A program made the position numbers and the translations under genes. Shown here in pieces: positions 34,295-44,996 of a stretch of 64,000 bases of DNA. This stretch comes from a virus. The DNA lies in IMG/VR virus record IMGVR_UViG_3300050120_000115, positions 1 to 64,000 of that record; one strand, written 5' to 3'. Every line of letters starts with the position of its first letter. The stretch's first letter is position 1. The notes below the pieces were generated by a model, which searched no databases, had not been told where the DNA came from, and saw only the letters and a list, made by a program, of their open reading frames with translations.

Positions 34295-35428
34295 ATGGCT
34301 GCGTCAAAGACTATTCCAGCAGTGAATCGTTCAGCCACTTCTAACACTGGTGCCGTTCCATCGGCCTTCACTTTCCCCCAGTCCGCATCTGATACCCTTC
34401 TATCAACCATTGGATTTGGTAGCCTTAATCTTTCTGACCTTCTTTTTGTCAATCCAGTTACTCAACAACGCTCAGAAATGTCTGATGCTTATCTTGAGGC
34501 AATTACTGACATAATTTATGAGAAGAATATGAATGGCGTAACCACGGTTACCCTTCAAACCAATGACCCTACTCGGGCGTTGCTTCGAACAGTGGTACAG
34601 CAGGGAACTGAATTAATAATTCAGGACCAGGGACGTGAGGTTCATCTATCGTTCACTCAAGAGACAAAAGCGTCTGACCAGTTGCAGCTAGCTTTTGAGT
34701 CAACAACCGTTTATCGTCTCTCTAATCAGCGAAACGCACCAGGAACAACTACAACCTATACCTCTACTGCCGTTACTCAGTTCATGGCTTCTTTGGTGTA
34801 TGCTCTTAATTATTCTGGCTCTCCTTACGCGCCGGTCAGTTTTGTTGCGCCGGACTACCAAACAATTTGGGGTGAAATCAGCGGGTTCTTGGGGAAGGCT
34901 CCGCTAGCCGTAGGTCTAGGACGTGGAACAACAGTTGACCCATTCGAAGACTCCTGGACCTGTATGACACGAATCGCTTCCACCATTGGATGGCGACTTT
35001 GGGAGAATAACGGAACCGTATATTTCGGACCGGATGAATATTGGCTAGGAATTCTTACTGCTAGTCCGCAGGGAATCGCGCAGCCACCAGTTAATGTGGC
35101 CCTGGGCACGACAGGAACTAAGATACCGATTCTTAAAGAGTTCGGTCCAGACATCATGCTTATTGATTACGACTGGGACGTTAACAAGCCATATGCCCAG
35201 GCCACCGTTACGTGCATGTTAGACGGGTGGACATACGACATCGGAGAAATAGTCCAGACCACGGGGTTGGGGCGAGCCGATGGATACTGGATGGTGTACG
35301 ATATGCAGAGAGACTTCTACAATCCTCAGGCGACCATGACACTTCAGGTACCCACGCCATATCCTGAACTTTACGAGCCCAACTCGCTTCCTCTTCCGGG
35401 ATTTCCTCTTAGTGCAAAGTTCGTCTAA
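34295..35428 (+). CDS. baseplate hub (gpD/gp27-like)
   Basis: EDSWTCMTRIA..IGW..WE..G.VYFG; GLG..DG.W.V. Confidence 0.7.
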   Translation: MAASKTIPAVNRSATSNTGAVPSAFTFPQSASDTLLSTIGFGSLNLSDLLFVNPVTQQRSEMSDAYLEAITDIIYEKNMNGVTTVTLQTNDPTRALLRTVVQQGTELIIQDQGREVHLSFTQETKASDQLQLAFESTTVYRLSNQRNAPGTTTTYTSTAVTQFMASLVYALNYSGSPYAPVSFVAPDYQTIWGEISGFLGKAPLAVGLGRGTTVDPFEDSWTCMTRIASTIGWRLWENNGTVYFGPDEYWLGILTASPQGIAQPPVNVALGTTGTKIPILKEFGPDIMLIDYDWDVNKPYAQATVTCMLDGWTYDIGEIVQTTGLGRADGYWMVYDMQRDFYNPQATMTLQVPTPYPELYEPNSLPLPGFPLSAKFV

Positions 35429-35794
35429 ATGGGAAGAACTAATTCAGCTAGTACTCTTCTTGCTCAGCAATTGCTTAGAATGCATGGTATCACCGCTGAC
35501 GCTGCTCAGATCACTGGTACATACTACGGAATAGTAGTACAGACTGATGTATCTCTAGGGCTTGGGTCTTCTTCGCCAATCCCGTCTGGAATGATGACGG
35601 TTAACATTCCAAGTCTCGGAGTAAATTCTGTTTCAGATCCTCTACCTTATCCCGGATCGGTAGCGCCACCACTTGGTACACAGGTGTCAATTGGATTTGA
35701 TAGTAGTTCATCACCAATAGTACTAGCCCTTTATGGGTTTTCCTCATCATCAGGTGGGGGATCAGACATCGATCCATTTTTTCTCGGAGGATAA
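35429..35794 (+). CDS. baseplate spike (gpV-like OB fold)
   Basis: YYGIVV...V.IP...PP.G..V.IGF....PIV. Confidence 0.65.
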   Translation: MGRTNSASTLLAQQLLRMHGITADAAQITGTYYGIVVQTDVSLGLGSSSPIPSGMMTVNIPSLGVNSVSDPLPYPGSVAPPLGTQVSIGFDSSSSPIVLALYGFSSSSGGGSDIDPFFLGG

Positions 35795-35797
35795 TAA

Positions 35798-38488
35798 GTG
35801 CTGACTCTTAGCAGCGGACAAACATTACAAGGATCAGCAGTTACCCCATCGGTGGTAACTTACACCCTTACGGGGTCTTCTTACGTCCCAGGGTCATCTA
35901 CATATGAGATCCTTGGTCAGGGACAATTGTCTAGTTCCGTAGCCGCCATGTTGTCTCCTTCAAGTGACTCTGCTCTTATCAGTCACATCCTTCTTGCCAA
36001 CTCTTCTGCTTCATCCGTTTACATTAGTCTTTATGTAGACGGTACGGCTGGCTCCAACTTAATTGTTAACCTAAACATTCCCGCTAATGGTTCGGCCACA
36101 TTCGACCGTGATGGTTGGAAGGTTTATGATTCTAACGGTAGTCTTCAGACTGTTGGATCTCCAGGTGCTTCTGGACCTACCGGACCTAGTGGTCCTGCAG
36201 GTTCATCAGGAGCCTCGGGACCAACCGGACCGGCAGGGGCAACTGGACCATCAGGCGGTCCCACTGGAGCTACCGGACCGACTGGGGTTACGGGACCGGC
36301 AGGAGGTACTGGAAGTACCGGAGGTACTGGTGCCGCTGGATCTGCAGGATCTGTTGGAGTAACTGGACCCACTGGACCAGCTGGGGTTACTGGGCCGACA
36401 GGAGGGACTGGCGGCACGGGAGGAATTGGTGGTATAGGCGTCACTGGAGTAACTGGAGCAGGCGTCACTGGAGCGACCGGCCCTACTGGACCTACCGGTG
36501 TTACTGGACCTACAGGACCGACCGGAATTACGGGACCAGGATATTCTGGTGTAACTTCTACCACATCGTTGCTTATAGCTACCGGTTCTACTACGTGGAC
36601 GGTAGCGGCCACTCAGGCATATCAAGTCGGCCAGCGCGTTCGCGTGGCATATACGACCACTCCTTCAGACTACATGGAAGGAGTAATCACCGCTCTGGTC
36701 GCCAACACATCTATAACAGTTTCAGTTGACACGACATCTGGATCTGGAACCTTTGCATCATGGTCATTCTCTGTAGCAGGACTTGTGGGCGTTACGGGTC
36801 CCACCGGACCTACCGGACCCACGGGTGTTACGGGGGGGACGGGCGGAACTGGAGGTACTGGGGCCGTGGGTGGAGTCGGGGCCACTGGCGTCACGGGAGT
36901 GACTGGGGCTGGGGTTACCGGTGTCACCGGAGCAACGGGACCTACTGGTCCTACCGGTGTAACGGGAACAACGGGTCCTCAGGGGAACTTCGGGGGAGAC
37001 GCATTTAATTGGACGTTTTCAACGGCAACAACCTCAACGCCTGCAGCCGGTGTATTGAACTTCAACAATGCCACCGTATCTTCGGTCACTAATATTTATG
37101 TTAACCAGGCAGACTATCCAACTACTAATGTTTCAACGTGGCTAGCTGCCATGCGTTCCGGTGGGGTTGTAAAGGTTTACAACAACTCTACTCCAACCCA
37201 ATTCGCGATATTCACCCTAACCGGCACCCCCTCGCTAACTGGTTCTGTATATACCATATCTGTTACTTACGTGACAAACGCCGGTACTATTGACACAACC
37301 GCAGGCGACACTGTTCTTAATTACGATATCCCTGGATCAACGGGGGCAACAGGACCTACTGGAGTTACTGGTGTTACGGGAGTTACTGGAGGAACAGGTG
37401 GAACAGGCGCAGCCGGTGCGGTTGGAGTAACTGGTCCAACCGGAGTAACCGGGGTAACAGGTGCCACTGGCGCTGGGGCAAGTTCGGTGGGAACAGTTAG
37501 AAATACTTCATCCCTACCTGCAACCGCAGCGGCAAATGAGTATACGGTTCTTACAGGATCTACCGCTTCAACTACCCTGACGCTTCCAGCATCACCCGCA
37601 GGCGGAACTATAAATGCCGTCTTAAACAATGCTACCGTTAGCGCTACCCTGGCTCCAGGTGCTGGAAACTCTTTAATCATTCTTGGTGGATCGACAGCAA
37701 GCATCGTCATACCTCCAAATGGTTATTACGAGATAGTCTACGTTACCTCTACAACGACTTGGTATGTTGTTACTGGTAGCCAAGAACGTGAACAGTTGCG
37801 CATAGGCTCAACGGCATCCTCAGCGACACCGGCTATCGATACAGATAACTATGACGTGTACGAAATAACAGCTCTTGCTGCTACCATTACCGGCTTCACC
37901 ATGACCGGTACGCCAGCTGATAACGACAAGTTGATGATAAGAATTACCGACAACGCCACGGCTCGTGGAATCACTTGGGGTACCTCATTTGAAGCATCCC
38001 CAGGGTGTGCGCTGCCAACTACAACTGTAATATCCACTATGTTGACCTGTGGATTCATCTACAACGGTTCAACCTCAAAGTGGAGAATTGTAGCAACAGA
38101 TGCCTCTGTTGGTTCTCCACAGATAAATCAACTAGGTATAAATACTACTGCTCCTAGTGTAGCTGGAACGGTGGCCACGTCGCCCCCAACTTCGGCAACC
38201 ATACAAACAGCGTTGGGTAATCTGACCTTAGGAACGGCGTATCATAATACGCTTTCTTACGATGTTAAAATGACAGTATTCATCGCAGTAACTGCCGACA
38301 CCTCAATGGTTCTTAAGGATGGGGTTGGCACAACGAATACGCCGACTCAAACTACTATAATTACCGGGACTACCGCAACTGGAATTATACCAGTTAATGT
38401 AAGAATTCCAACTGGATATTACAGATTACTTTCTATTTCTGGAACCGTAACCGACGCTATCGTTGGACAATATTTGGAGGCCGCATAA
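35798..38488 (+). CDS. collagen-like tail fibre/appendage
   Basis: three (G-x-T/S)n triplet blocks separated by beta-rich domains. Confidence 0.85.
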   Translation: MLTLSSGQTLQGSAVTPSVVTYTLTGSSYVPGSSTYEILGQGQLSSSVAAMLSPSSDSALISHILLANSSASSVYISLYVDGTAGSNLIVNLNIPANGSATFDRDGWKVYDSNGSLQTVGSPGASGPTGPSGPAGSSGASGPTGPAGATGPSGGPTGATGPTGVTGPAGGTGSTGGTGAAGSAGSVGVTGPTGPAGVTGPTGGTGGTGGIGGIGVTGVTGAGVTGATGPTGPTGVTGPTGPTGITGPGYSGVTSTTSLLIATGSTTWTVAATQAYQVGQRVRVAYTTTPSDYMEGVITALVANTSITVSVDTTSGSGTFASWSFSVAGLVGVTGPTGPTGPTGVTGGTGGTGGTGAVGGVGATGVTGVTGAGVTGVTGATGPTGPTGVTGTTGPQGNFGGDAFNWTFSTATTSTPAAGVLNFNNATVSSVTNIYVNQADYPTTNVSTWLAAMRSGGVVKVYNNSTPTQFAIFTLTGTPSLTGSVYTISVTYVTNAGTIDTTAGDTVLNYDIPGSTGATGPTGVTGVTGVTGGTGGTGAAGAVGVTGPTGVTGVTGATGAGASSVGTVRNTSSLPATAAANEYTVLTGSTASTTLTLPASPAGGTINAVLNNATVSATLAPGAGNSLIILGGSTASIVIPPNGYYEIVYVTSTTTWYVVTGSQEREQLRIGSTASSATPAIDTDNYDVYEITALAATITGFTMTGTPADNDKLMIRITDNATARGITWGTSFEASPGCALPTTTVISTMLTCGFIYNGSTSKWRIVATDASVGSPQINQLGINTTAPSVAGTVATSPPTSATIQTALGNLTLGTAYHNTLSYDVKMTVFIAVTADTSMVLKDGVGTTNTPTQTTIITGTTATGIIPVNVRIPTGYYRLLSISGTVTDAIVGQYLEAA

Positions 38489-39783
38489 TGTCAACCACAC
38501 CAATTAACTTAGTAGAGCTTCCTAATAACGCAATGGTAGCTCATAATCATATGTGGGCAATATATGAGAAAAATTCTTCCGGTCAATACGTAGTTGTTTC
38601 TCCGACTAAGAGTGTTCCTATCAACACTCCTTTATACGCCGTCGCTGGATGGGATGCTCCTAGACCGGTAAACCCCCCAACAACGTATACTGTTACTTTC
38701 AATTCTGAGGGCGGATCAACGTGGCCACCAGAAACGTGCAACGCTGGTCAGTCGGTCTTAACCGATCTATTGCCCGTTAAAGCGGGGTACACATTCACTG
38801 GTTGGTTTAGCGCTCCCACTGGAGGGTCACAGGTTACGTCACCATTTACGCCGACTGGCAACGTTACGTTGTACGCGCAGTGGACGCCAAACGCCTTACC
38901 CAGCCCGCTTATTCGTGGTGCATACATGGCACCAGCTGACCCGAGCGCGATTGCTACTTTTGCGTCGCTGACCAAAACTCCGGTAAACCTCGTTGTGGAC
39001 TACATCCAGGACAACGATGGCTGGCAGGCGGTGGCTGGCGCTAGCGGCAGTATCGACTGGTTGCTCAATGCGTGGAAAGTAACACCATATCAACTATGTC
39101 TAGCCGTACCCATAATCCCGAGCGATTCATCGGGCAACGCAGTAGGAACATTGTTATCAGGAGCGAACGGCTCATACAATGCGTACTACACCTCTCTCGC
39201 CAAAGTGCTTATAGCGGCAGGTTATGCTAAGTGCTACCTGCGCCTGGGCTGGGAGTTTGATGGAAGTTGGTACAAGTGGGCGGCGCTTAACCCGACCGAT
39301 CAAGCGAACTACGCAGCATACTTCCGTCAAATCGTCACGACTATGCGCGCCGTAGCTGGCGCGGAGTTCCAGTTCATTTGGAATCCCGACGCCTCAGCAT
39401 TCACACAATCGGGCTACAACGTTGAGTTGGCGTGGCCTGGAGCGCAGTACGTGGACGTGATTGGACTGGACCTGTACGACTTCAGTTGGAGTTCATCGAC
39501 TGAAGCGGGCGTGTGGGTTAACTTTTTGTCGCAGATGAACGCCGCCGACGACTTCGCGACAGCGCAGGGCAAGCCCCTAGCGTTCTGCGAGTGGGGCGTA
39601 CAGGCGCTCGCTTCACATGGTTTTGCGGATGACCCAACCTATATCACTAACATGGTGACGTGGATGAAATCGCACAACGTTGTATTCGAGGCGTACTTCA
39701 ACGGCGACACCACCAAGGCGCAGGATGCTTATCTTGGCAACTACCCTAATAGCTTGGCTGCGTTCACTAAAGCATTGGCGTAG
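38488..39783 (+). CDS. InlB B-repeat plus GH26-like glycoside hydrolase
   Basis: YTVTFN..GG...P.KAGYTFTGWF...LYAQW; RLGWEFDG.WY, WPG..YVDVIGLD.YD, FCEWG. Confidence 0.85.
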   Translation: MSTTPINLVELPNNAMVAHNHMWAIYEKNSSGQYVVVSPTKSVPINTPLYAVAGWDAPRPVNPPTTYTVTFNSEGGSTWPPETCNAGQSVLTDLLPVKAGYTFTGWFSAPTGGSQVTSPFTPTGNVTLYAQWTPNALPSPLIRGAYMAPADPSAIATFASLTKTPVNLVVDYIQDNDGWQAVAGASGSIDWLLNAWKVTPYQLCLAVPIIPSDSSGNAVGTLLSGANGSYNAYYTSLAKVLIAAGYAKCYLRLGWEFDGSWYKWAALNPTDQANYAAYFRQIVTTMRAVAGAEFQFIWNPDASAFTQSGYNVELAWPGAQYVDVIGLDLYDFSWSSSTEAGVWVNFLSQMNAADDFATAQGKPLAFCEWGVQALASHGFADDPTYITNMVTWMKSHNVVFEAYFNGDTTKAQDAYLGNYPNSLAAFTKALA

Positions 39784-39786
39784 CCC

Positions 39787-40437
39787 GTGGCCGTCGCTTT
39801 CGTTCAGAAGGGCGACAGTGGGGTAGCTCCCGGCATTGCTTCTGGCGTAGCCGGGAATATCCTTCCCACTAACGCGACGGTTGGTAACTGCGTTCTTGTA
39901 GCTATAGTTCCGAATACGACCGAAGCGGCGAATAGTTACAGCGTCACTAGCCCAATGGGGACGTTCGTCAAACTGGGTTCATCGGCCAACTCTGGGTACG
40001 ACATTGAGTACTGGGGGCTACTCGGTGTCCCCACGGCGTCACGGGCAATCACCGTCACAACCACGGCTGGCAGGACTTGGTATGGCCAGGGCACCGAGTT
40101 CTCAAATGTCGGGTCACTACTAGCGGCGGTCATCAAGACCGGCACCAGCACCGCGCCAAGTTCGAGCGCTGTGACGGTCCCTGCTGGTGGCGCGATTATC
40201 GCAGGTATTAGTACAGCCGGAACAATATCTGCTGCACCATTATCCCCGTGGGTTGACTACAACGCTGGCGCGTTCATCTTCGCGGACGGAGCTGATACCG
40301 CCTACCAGGTGCCAGCGTCAGGTGGATCACTGACCGCAACATGGACCACTGGGTCGGCGGCGTGGGACGTGATAGCAATTGTTCTGGTTCAGGCTGTTGT
40401 TCCATTTACTCAGGGTAGAATGTTTTTAGGGTTCTAA
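39787..40437 (+). CDS. beta-rich virion structural protein
   Basis: T/S/A/G-rich protein in the tail module. Confidence 0.6.
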   Translation: MAVAFVQKGDSGVAPGIASGVAGNILPTNATVGNCVLVAIVPNTTEAANSYSVTSPMGTFVKLGSSANSGYDIEYWGLLGVPTASRAITVTTTAGRTWYGQGTEFSNVGSLLAAVIKTGTSTAPSSSAVTVPAGGAIIAGISTAGTISAAPLSPWVDYNAGAFIFADGADTAYQVPASGGSLTATWTTGSAAWDVIAIVLVQAVVPFTQGRMFLGF

Positions 40438-40478
40438 ACACTTGACAGATGGTGTAGAATTCCTGGTGGAGGAATAAA

Positions 40479-41483
40479 ATGTCAAAGTTGCATGTCGTTG
40501 GATTGCCACATACTTTTGTTACAGAAGAATATTCTGCGTGTGCCTATACCCAAAAGGTGCGTAAGTTTATTCCTATGATGGAAGCTCAGGGATTTGAGGT
40601 TATTCTTCATGATCCCATTTCCCCGGAGGAAAAAATAGGGTTCGGATTCAGCGGCCCTGAAGACTATCTTAAAATAGACTTTAATAGCGATCTTCCCATG
40701 TGGAAATTGCTTAACCAGCGTCTAGTAGAAATACTGAAGGACGCCCCTAGCACCGACATTCTTTGTTTGATTACAGGACAGCCTCACGAAGAGTTGGTTA
40801 GCGCGCTTAATATGCGAATAGTCGAATTTGGCGTTGGATATCAGGGAGTGCTTAACGGTTCGTTCAGAGTTTTCGAATCCAACGCTTGGCGTAATTATGT
40901 ATACGGATCTTACAAAGCAGATGTTAGCTTTTATGATGAGGTTATACCCAACTATTATGAGATAGAAAAGTTTCCTGTTGTAGAACAACCTGATGATTAT
41001 TTTGCTTTTGTCGGTAGGATGACAGATAAAAAGGGATATCGAATAGCAGAAAAGGTCTGTGAAGATGCAGGGTATGAATTGATACTTGTCGGTCAGGGCG
41101 ATACACCTTCATATGGAGACTACCGTGGGCTGCTCCCGTATAACGAAACCATAGAAATTATGGCACACGCTAAAGCATTGTTTGTCCCCACTACTTACAT
41201 CGCCCCATTTGAGGGTGTTCATATTGAGGCCCAGCTTTGTGGCACCCCTGTAATTACAACTGATCAGGGGGTCTTCCAGGAGACTGTAGTAAACGGCTTC
41301 AATGGATATCGCTGCAAGATGTATCGAGATTTTGTTGAGGCTAGTGAAAAAATACCCCAACTCGACAGATCTTCAATAGCTTCTTCGGCGCGCTCTAAAT
41401 ACAGCCTTGAGTCTGTCGGAAAACAATATGCAGACTATTTTCTGAGGCTAGACACCTTAAACGGAGCAGGTTGGTACGCCTAA
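40479..41483 (+). CDS. glycosyltransferase (GT-B, GT4-like)
   Basis: FVGRM..KKG, PF.GV.IEA..CGTPVITTD.G...ETV..G.NG. Confidence 0.88.
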   Translation: MSKLHVVGLPHTFVTEEYSACAYTQKVRKFIPMMEAQGFEVILHDPISPEEKIGFGFSGPEDYLKIDFNSDLPMWKLLNQRLVEILKDAPSTDILCLITGQPHEELVSALNMRIVEFGVGYQGVLNGSFRVFESNAWRNYVYGSYKADVSFYDEVIPNYYEIEKFPVVEQPDDYFAFVGRMTDKKGYRIAEKVCEDAGYELILVGQGDTPSYGDYRGLLPYNETIEIMAHAKALFVPTTYIAPFEGVHIEAQLCGTPVITTDQGVFQETVVNGFNGYRCKMYRDFVEASEKIPQLDRSSIASSARSKYSLESVGKQYADYFLRLDTLNGAGWYA

Positions 41484-41492
41484 ACCGAACCC

Positions 41493-41520
41493 TTGACTTT
41501 CGCGATTCTTGTGATAAGAT
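41493..41520 (+). promoter_or_regulatory. internal promoter for baseplate wedge genes
   Basis: TTGACT-N16-TAAGAT with TGn. Confidence 0.6.
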
Positions 41521-41547
41521 CTATTAGAAGACTGGATTTCCACGCCC

Positions 41548-42258
41548 ATGGCGCAACCCATCACTAATTTAACAGCTGATTGGATTCCATCCACAGGGGT
41601 GAACCTGCAGTGGACAGCGGCTACTGACGCCACCAACGCCTCCGTATATGAAATTTACGTTCTAGAGGACGTTCTGTCATACTCCCCTTCGTGGAATCTG
41701 GTAAGTACGTCTTCCCCTTACGTCGTCTCCTCAGCATCCCCTGGAAATGCTGCTTCTACGCTTTTACAGGTGGTGGCTCCAGCTACTTCCTATACTTTCC
41801 CAGCCGCCTCCATATCTGCACTTCAGGGTCCTGGATCTACGGTGGCTCCATCGTCTTTGGCATTCTTGATTATTCACATTGACTATAGTGGAGCGTCTAG
41901 CACCGGAATAAGCGTGTCTGCTTTTCAGGCACCCCAGAATAGACCGTATGGAGTACCACATTTTCAGAATAGTGTGTCTATCGACAATTTCGGTCAGTTC
42001 GATGTTAACCCTCAAGACTCTTACGAAGATGTCTCTTCTTGCGTAGCCGTATTCTTGGGAACGCTACCGGGACAGCGACCGGTCATTCCAGACTATGGAA
42101 CACCAGACCTGACCTTCAGTGATCTGGATGTATTGGATATTACCAACAATCTTGGTATTTATGAGCCTCGCGCTGATGCAAGGATAACAGTTCAAGTGGA
42201 TGATAACGATAACGCAACCCTGAGTGTACTGGTTCAGGGAATACAGGGCGGAACATAA
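41548..42258 (+). CDS. FN3-like domain plus gp25/gpW baseplate wedge protein
   Basis: TNLTA...V.LQWT...YEIY; L.T.PGQR...PDYG...YEPR. Confidence 0.8.
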   Translation: MAQPITNLTADWIPSTGVNLQWTAATDATNASVYEIYVLEDVLSYSPSWNLVSTSSPYVVSSASPGNAASTLLQVVAPATSYTFPAASISALQGPGSTVAPSSLAFLIIHIDYSGASSTGISVSAFQAPQNRPYGVPHFQNSVSIDNFGQFDVNPQDSYEDVSSCVAVFLGTLPGQRPVIPDYGTPDLTFSDLDVLDITNNLGIYEPRADARITVQVDDNDNATLSVLVQGIQGGT

Positions 42259-44978
42259 TGGCGAGCACATACATATCACTACCGGTTATCACTGACAGTG
42301 ATGTTATTGCACAACAGGCAATCGCCAATATTTCCCAGAACCTTCCCGGCTGGGTTGCGCGCGAAGGGAACCTAGAAGTATTGATTCTAGAGCAAATGGC
42401 CCTTGCAGCCGCAGAAGCTGCTACTACTGCTTCAGATGTTCCTAACGAGATCTTCACATTCTACGGATCTCTTATTGGCATAACCCCAATGCTGGGAACA
42501 TATGAGACAATTCAAGTTACCCTAACTTTGGTTAGCCCAGCTGCCGGAAGTCCTGGTTACCAGATTCCTGCCGGGACACAAATGGGATTTTACTTTGCCG
42601 GAGCGTCTTATGTTTTTGAGACGATGACAGATTCACTTATTACCACGGGTGGTAGCAGTATCTCTTTGACTGTGCGAGCTGTTGCGGTTGGCTCTGTATA
42701 CGATCTAGATACACTGTCTTCGACTAGCGGCCTAAATCTTACTAGTCTTTACCTTCAGTTAAGTAACAGTGATCCTTTGGTTTCTATAATTGAGCTTACG
42801 TCTACTCCCGCAACCAACGCTAACTTGATCTTAGGGACGGACCCCGAAAGCAGCACGTCGTTCCTAAATCGCTTGAGTGCGGAACTACAGCTCCTTGCTC
42901 CGCGTCCTATCACATCATCAGACTACTCATTATTCTCCCAAAATGTTGCTGGAATATATCGCGCTCTTTCCATAGACGGTATCAACCCATTCAGTAACCT
43001 TATGTCAGTAACTAATGCCAATCCTACTCTTATGGCGACATCTGGTAGCATCCCATCTGGATGGGTCGGAGTAGGAGATGGTGGAACTAATCTCGCGGCT
43101 TTGAGTACCCCAGGGACATCTCCTTCTAACTACGTGGCAGTAACAACTGCTGCTTCAGCTCTAACATCTCTTGCTCCCTTTGAGGCCGCTAGCATAGTCG
43201 GAGCTACATCTATTACTATTACAACCGGCACTGGTCCTGCTATAAGTACTTCAGCAAGTCCTACCAATCCTGCTGTGGTTATAATAATTGATACGGTCAA
43301 CGGCAACGAGGTATCCCTAGTAACGGCTGCGGCTGCGACAACGGGTTCTGGCGCTACCACACAGCAGGTGCTCACTTTAGGGGCTCCCCTTGGATATGCC
43401 CACAGTACATCAGCCACTCTTTCGGTAGCCCAGGGTGCTGATCTACCTCTTGTGGGATCAACCCCAGGATCTCCCGGCATTACTGCCGCTAACTCAAAAT
43501 ACTACCAGGCATCGGCAGTGATACAGTGCGGTTCAGACACAACCGCAACTGCAAAGCCACATATAGTAGCCCTGGCTACCTACCTTGATGGATCTACACG
43601 AGTATTCTCTAGTCACCCACAATTTACTAGTGGATTATTCGATTACACAGCCTCACCTAAGACCATTCTTTGCAATATTCCAACGGTAAATTCGTCTAGT
43701 TCTAACTACCTAGCCGGTTCTGCTAATGCTCCATACAATACCCTTAAGCCATCTTTGGTATCAGTTAAAACATTTGTAGTGTGGACCGTTGCCGGAACTT
43801 CCAAAACTCACTACATCTATTACGACAGCGTAGCAGCTACTCCACAACAGTTTCAGGACGATGATCAGCCAACTATATCTACAAGTTACTGGAACTTTAT
43901 TCCAGATCCTAATCTATCTAGTTACTATTTTGCTAATTCAGCCCTAGGATCGTGGAGCGTTCCTTCTGGGGTTACTGTTATTCCTGGATTCGGATTTCAG
44001 TACCTTGGAACTGGCTCGGCTTTAGGAAGTAATCTAACAGTAACTTCACAGATTTTTAATTTATCTAATGTTTCTTCAGATAACCCTGGTGTTACTACTA
44101 GAAATTATACAGCGTTTGCTACAGTAGACGCATCGTACACTGGTTCTAATTTTGGTAACATTAACGTAGAGGTATGGGACCTTAGTACTGGAGCCATCTT
44201 AACCACCGGCAGTGGCCCCACAAATGTTTCAGTTTCTCCTGCTTCCCCTATTTTGAGTACCCTAACCATTCCGTTTACCCTTACCACCGCAAAAGATGTT
44301 GAAGTAAGAATAGTATTTGGTACGGGACTTAATGTTCCCCTAAACTCTAGTGTGGTGATTTCAAATATTGGAATTATGGGTGGAACTCAGACTGCTGCGT
44401 ACTGCACGTCAAAAAACGATGGTGGGTATTCATGGACCCAGGGTGGTCTGTACTCAACTCAGGTGTTCAATTATCCACGAATGATTTCAATATGTCCCAT
44501 AGATGTAAATGGAATTGGTGTAATAGATTCTGTCAATGACAATCTTATTTCCTATCTTCAATCTCGACGTGAAATTAACTTTGTTACCAATGTCCTTCAG
44601 CCCAACTATTTACCTATTGATATTTCTTGGAGTGCCTATGTCGAAGCTGGATACAGTGCAGCTACAGTACAGACGGCTGTCAACGCTGCTATAAGAAACT
44701 TCTTAAATCCAGCTACATGGGCTAATGGGCAGGGTAACCCGCCATCGTGGGACGGATCTCAAACTACTATTCGTATATTTGACATAGCTTCGGCCATGAG
44801 CCAGGTACAGGGTCTGGGTAGTATTACTGCTGTTACTACTCGTCCGTCGTGGCCAATCTCTGGATCATATGGGACTTCAGACATTGTGATGATTGGCATA
44901 GCCGGTCTTCCTATAGCTAATAACATAACTTCCAGTATTCTTACCTCTACTCTCGCTGCATTTTCTGGATTAACCTAA
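42258..44978 (+). CDS. baseplate J-like protein with large internal insertion
   Basis: IPAGT, FET, G.D.ES...F..R, T..DY N-terminal; IDI...V.AGY....V..AI..FL C-terminal. Confidence 0.8.
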   Translation: MASTYISLPVITDSDVIAQQAIANISQNLPGWVAREGNLEVLILEQMALAAAEAATTASDVPNEIFTFYGSLIGITPMLGTYETIQVTLTLVSPAAGSPGYQIPAGTQMGFYFAGASYVFETMTDSLITTGGSSISLTVRAVAVGSVYDLDTLSSTSGLNLTSLYLQLSNSDPLVSIIELTSTPATNANLILGTDPESSTSFLNRLSAELQLLAPRPITSSDYSLFSQNVAGIYRALSIDGINPFSNLMSVTNANPTLMATSGSIPSGWVGVGDGGTNLAALSTPGTSPSNYVAVTTAASALTSLAPFEAASIVGATSITITTGTGPAISTSASPTNPAVVIIIDTVNGNEVSLVTAAAATTGSGATTQQVLTLGAPLGYAHSTSATLSVAQGADLPLVGSTPGSPGITAANSKYYQASAVIQCGSDTTATAKPHIVALATYLDGSTRVFSSHPQFTSGLFDYTASPKTILCNIPTVNSSSSNYLAGSANAPYNTLKPSLVSVKTFVVWTVAGTSKTHYIYYDSVAATPQQFQDDDQPTISTSYWNFIPDPNLSSYYFANSALGSWSVPSGVTVIPGFGFQYLGTGSALGSNLTVTSQIFNLSNVSSDNPGVTTRNYTAFATVDASYTGSNFGNINVEVWDLSTGAILTTGSGPTNVSVSPASPILSTLTIPFTLTTAKDVEVRIVFGTGLNVPLNSSVVISNIGIMGGTQTAAYCTSKNDGGYSWTQGGLYSTQVFNYPRMISICPIDVNGIGVIDSVNDNLISYLQSRREINFVTNVLQPNYLPIDISWSAYVEAGYSAATVQTAVNAAIRNFLNPATWANGQGNPPSWDGSQTTIRIFDIASAMSQVQGLGSITAVTTRPSWPISGSYGTSDIVMIGIAGLPIANNITSSILTSTLAAFSGLT

Positions 44979-44996
44979 AGCATCCTAAGGATCTTC

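Noticed and set aside
36145-37710. Pro/Val-rich minus-strand ORFs and apparent 9-bp tandem repeats
   Set aside because: Antisense shadows of the collagen G-x-T coding repeats
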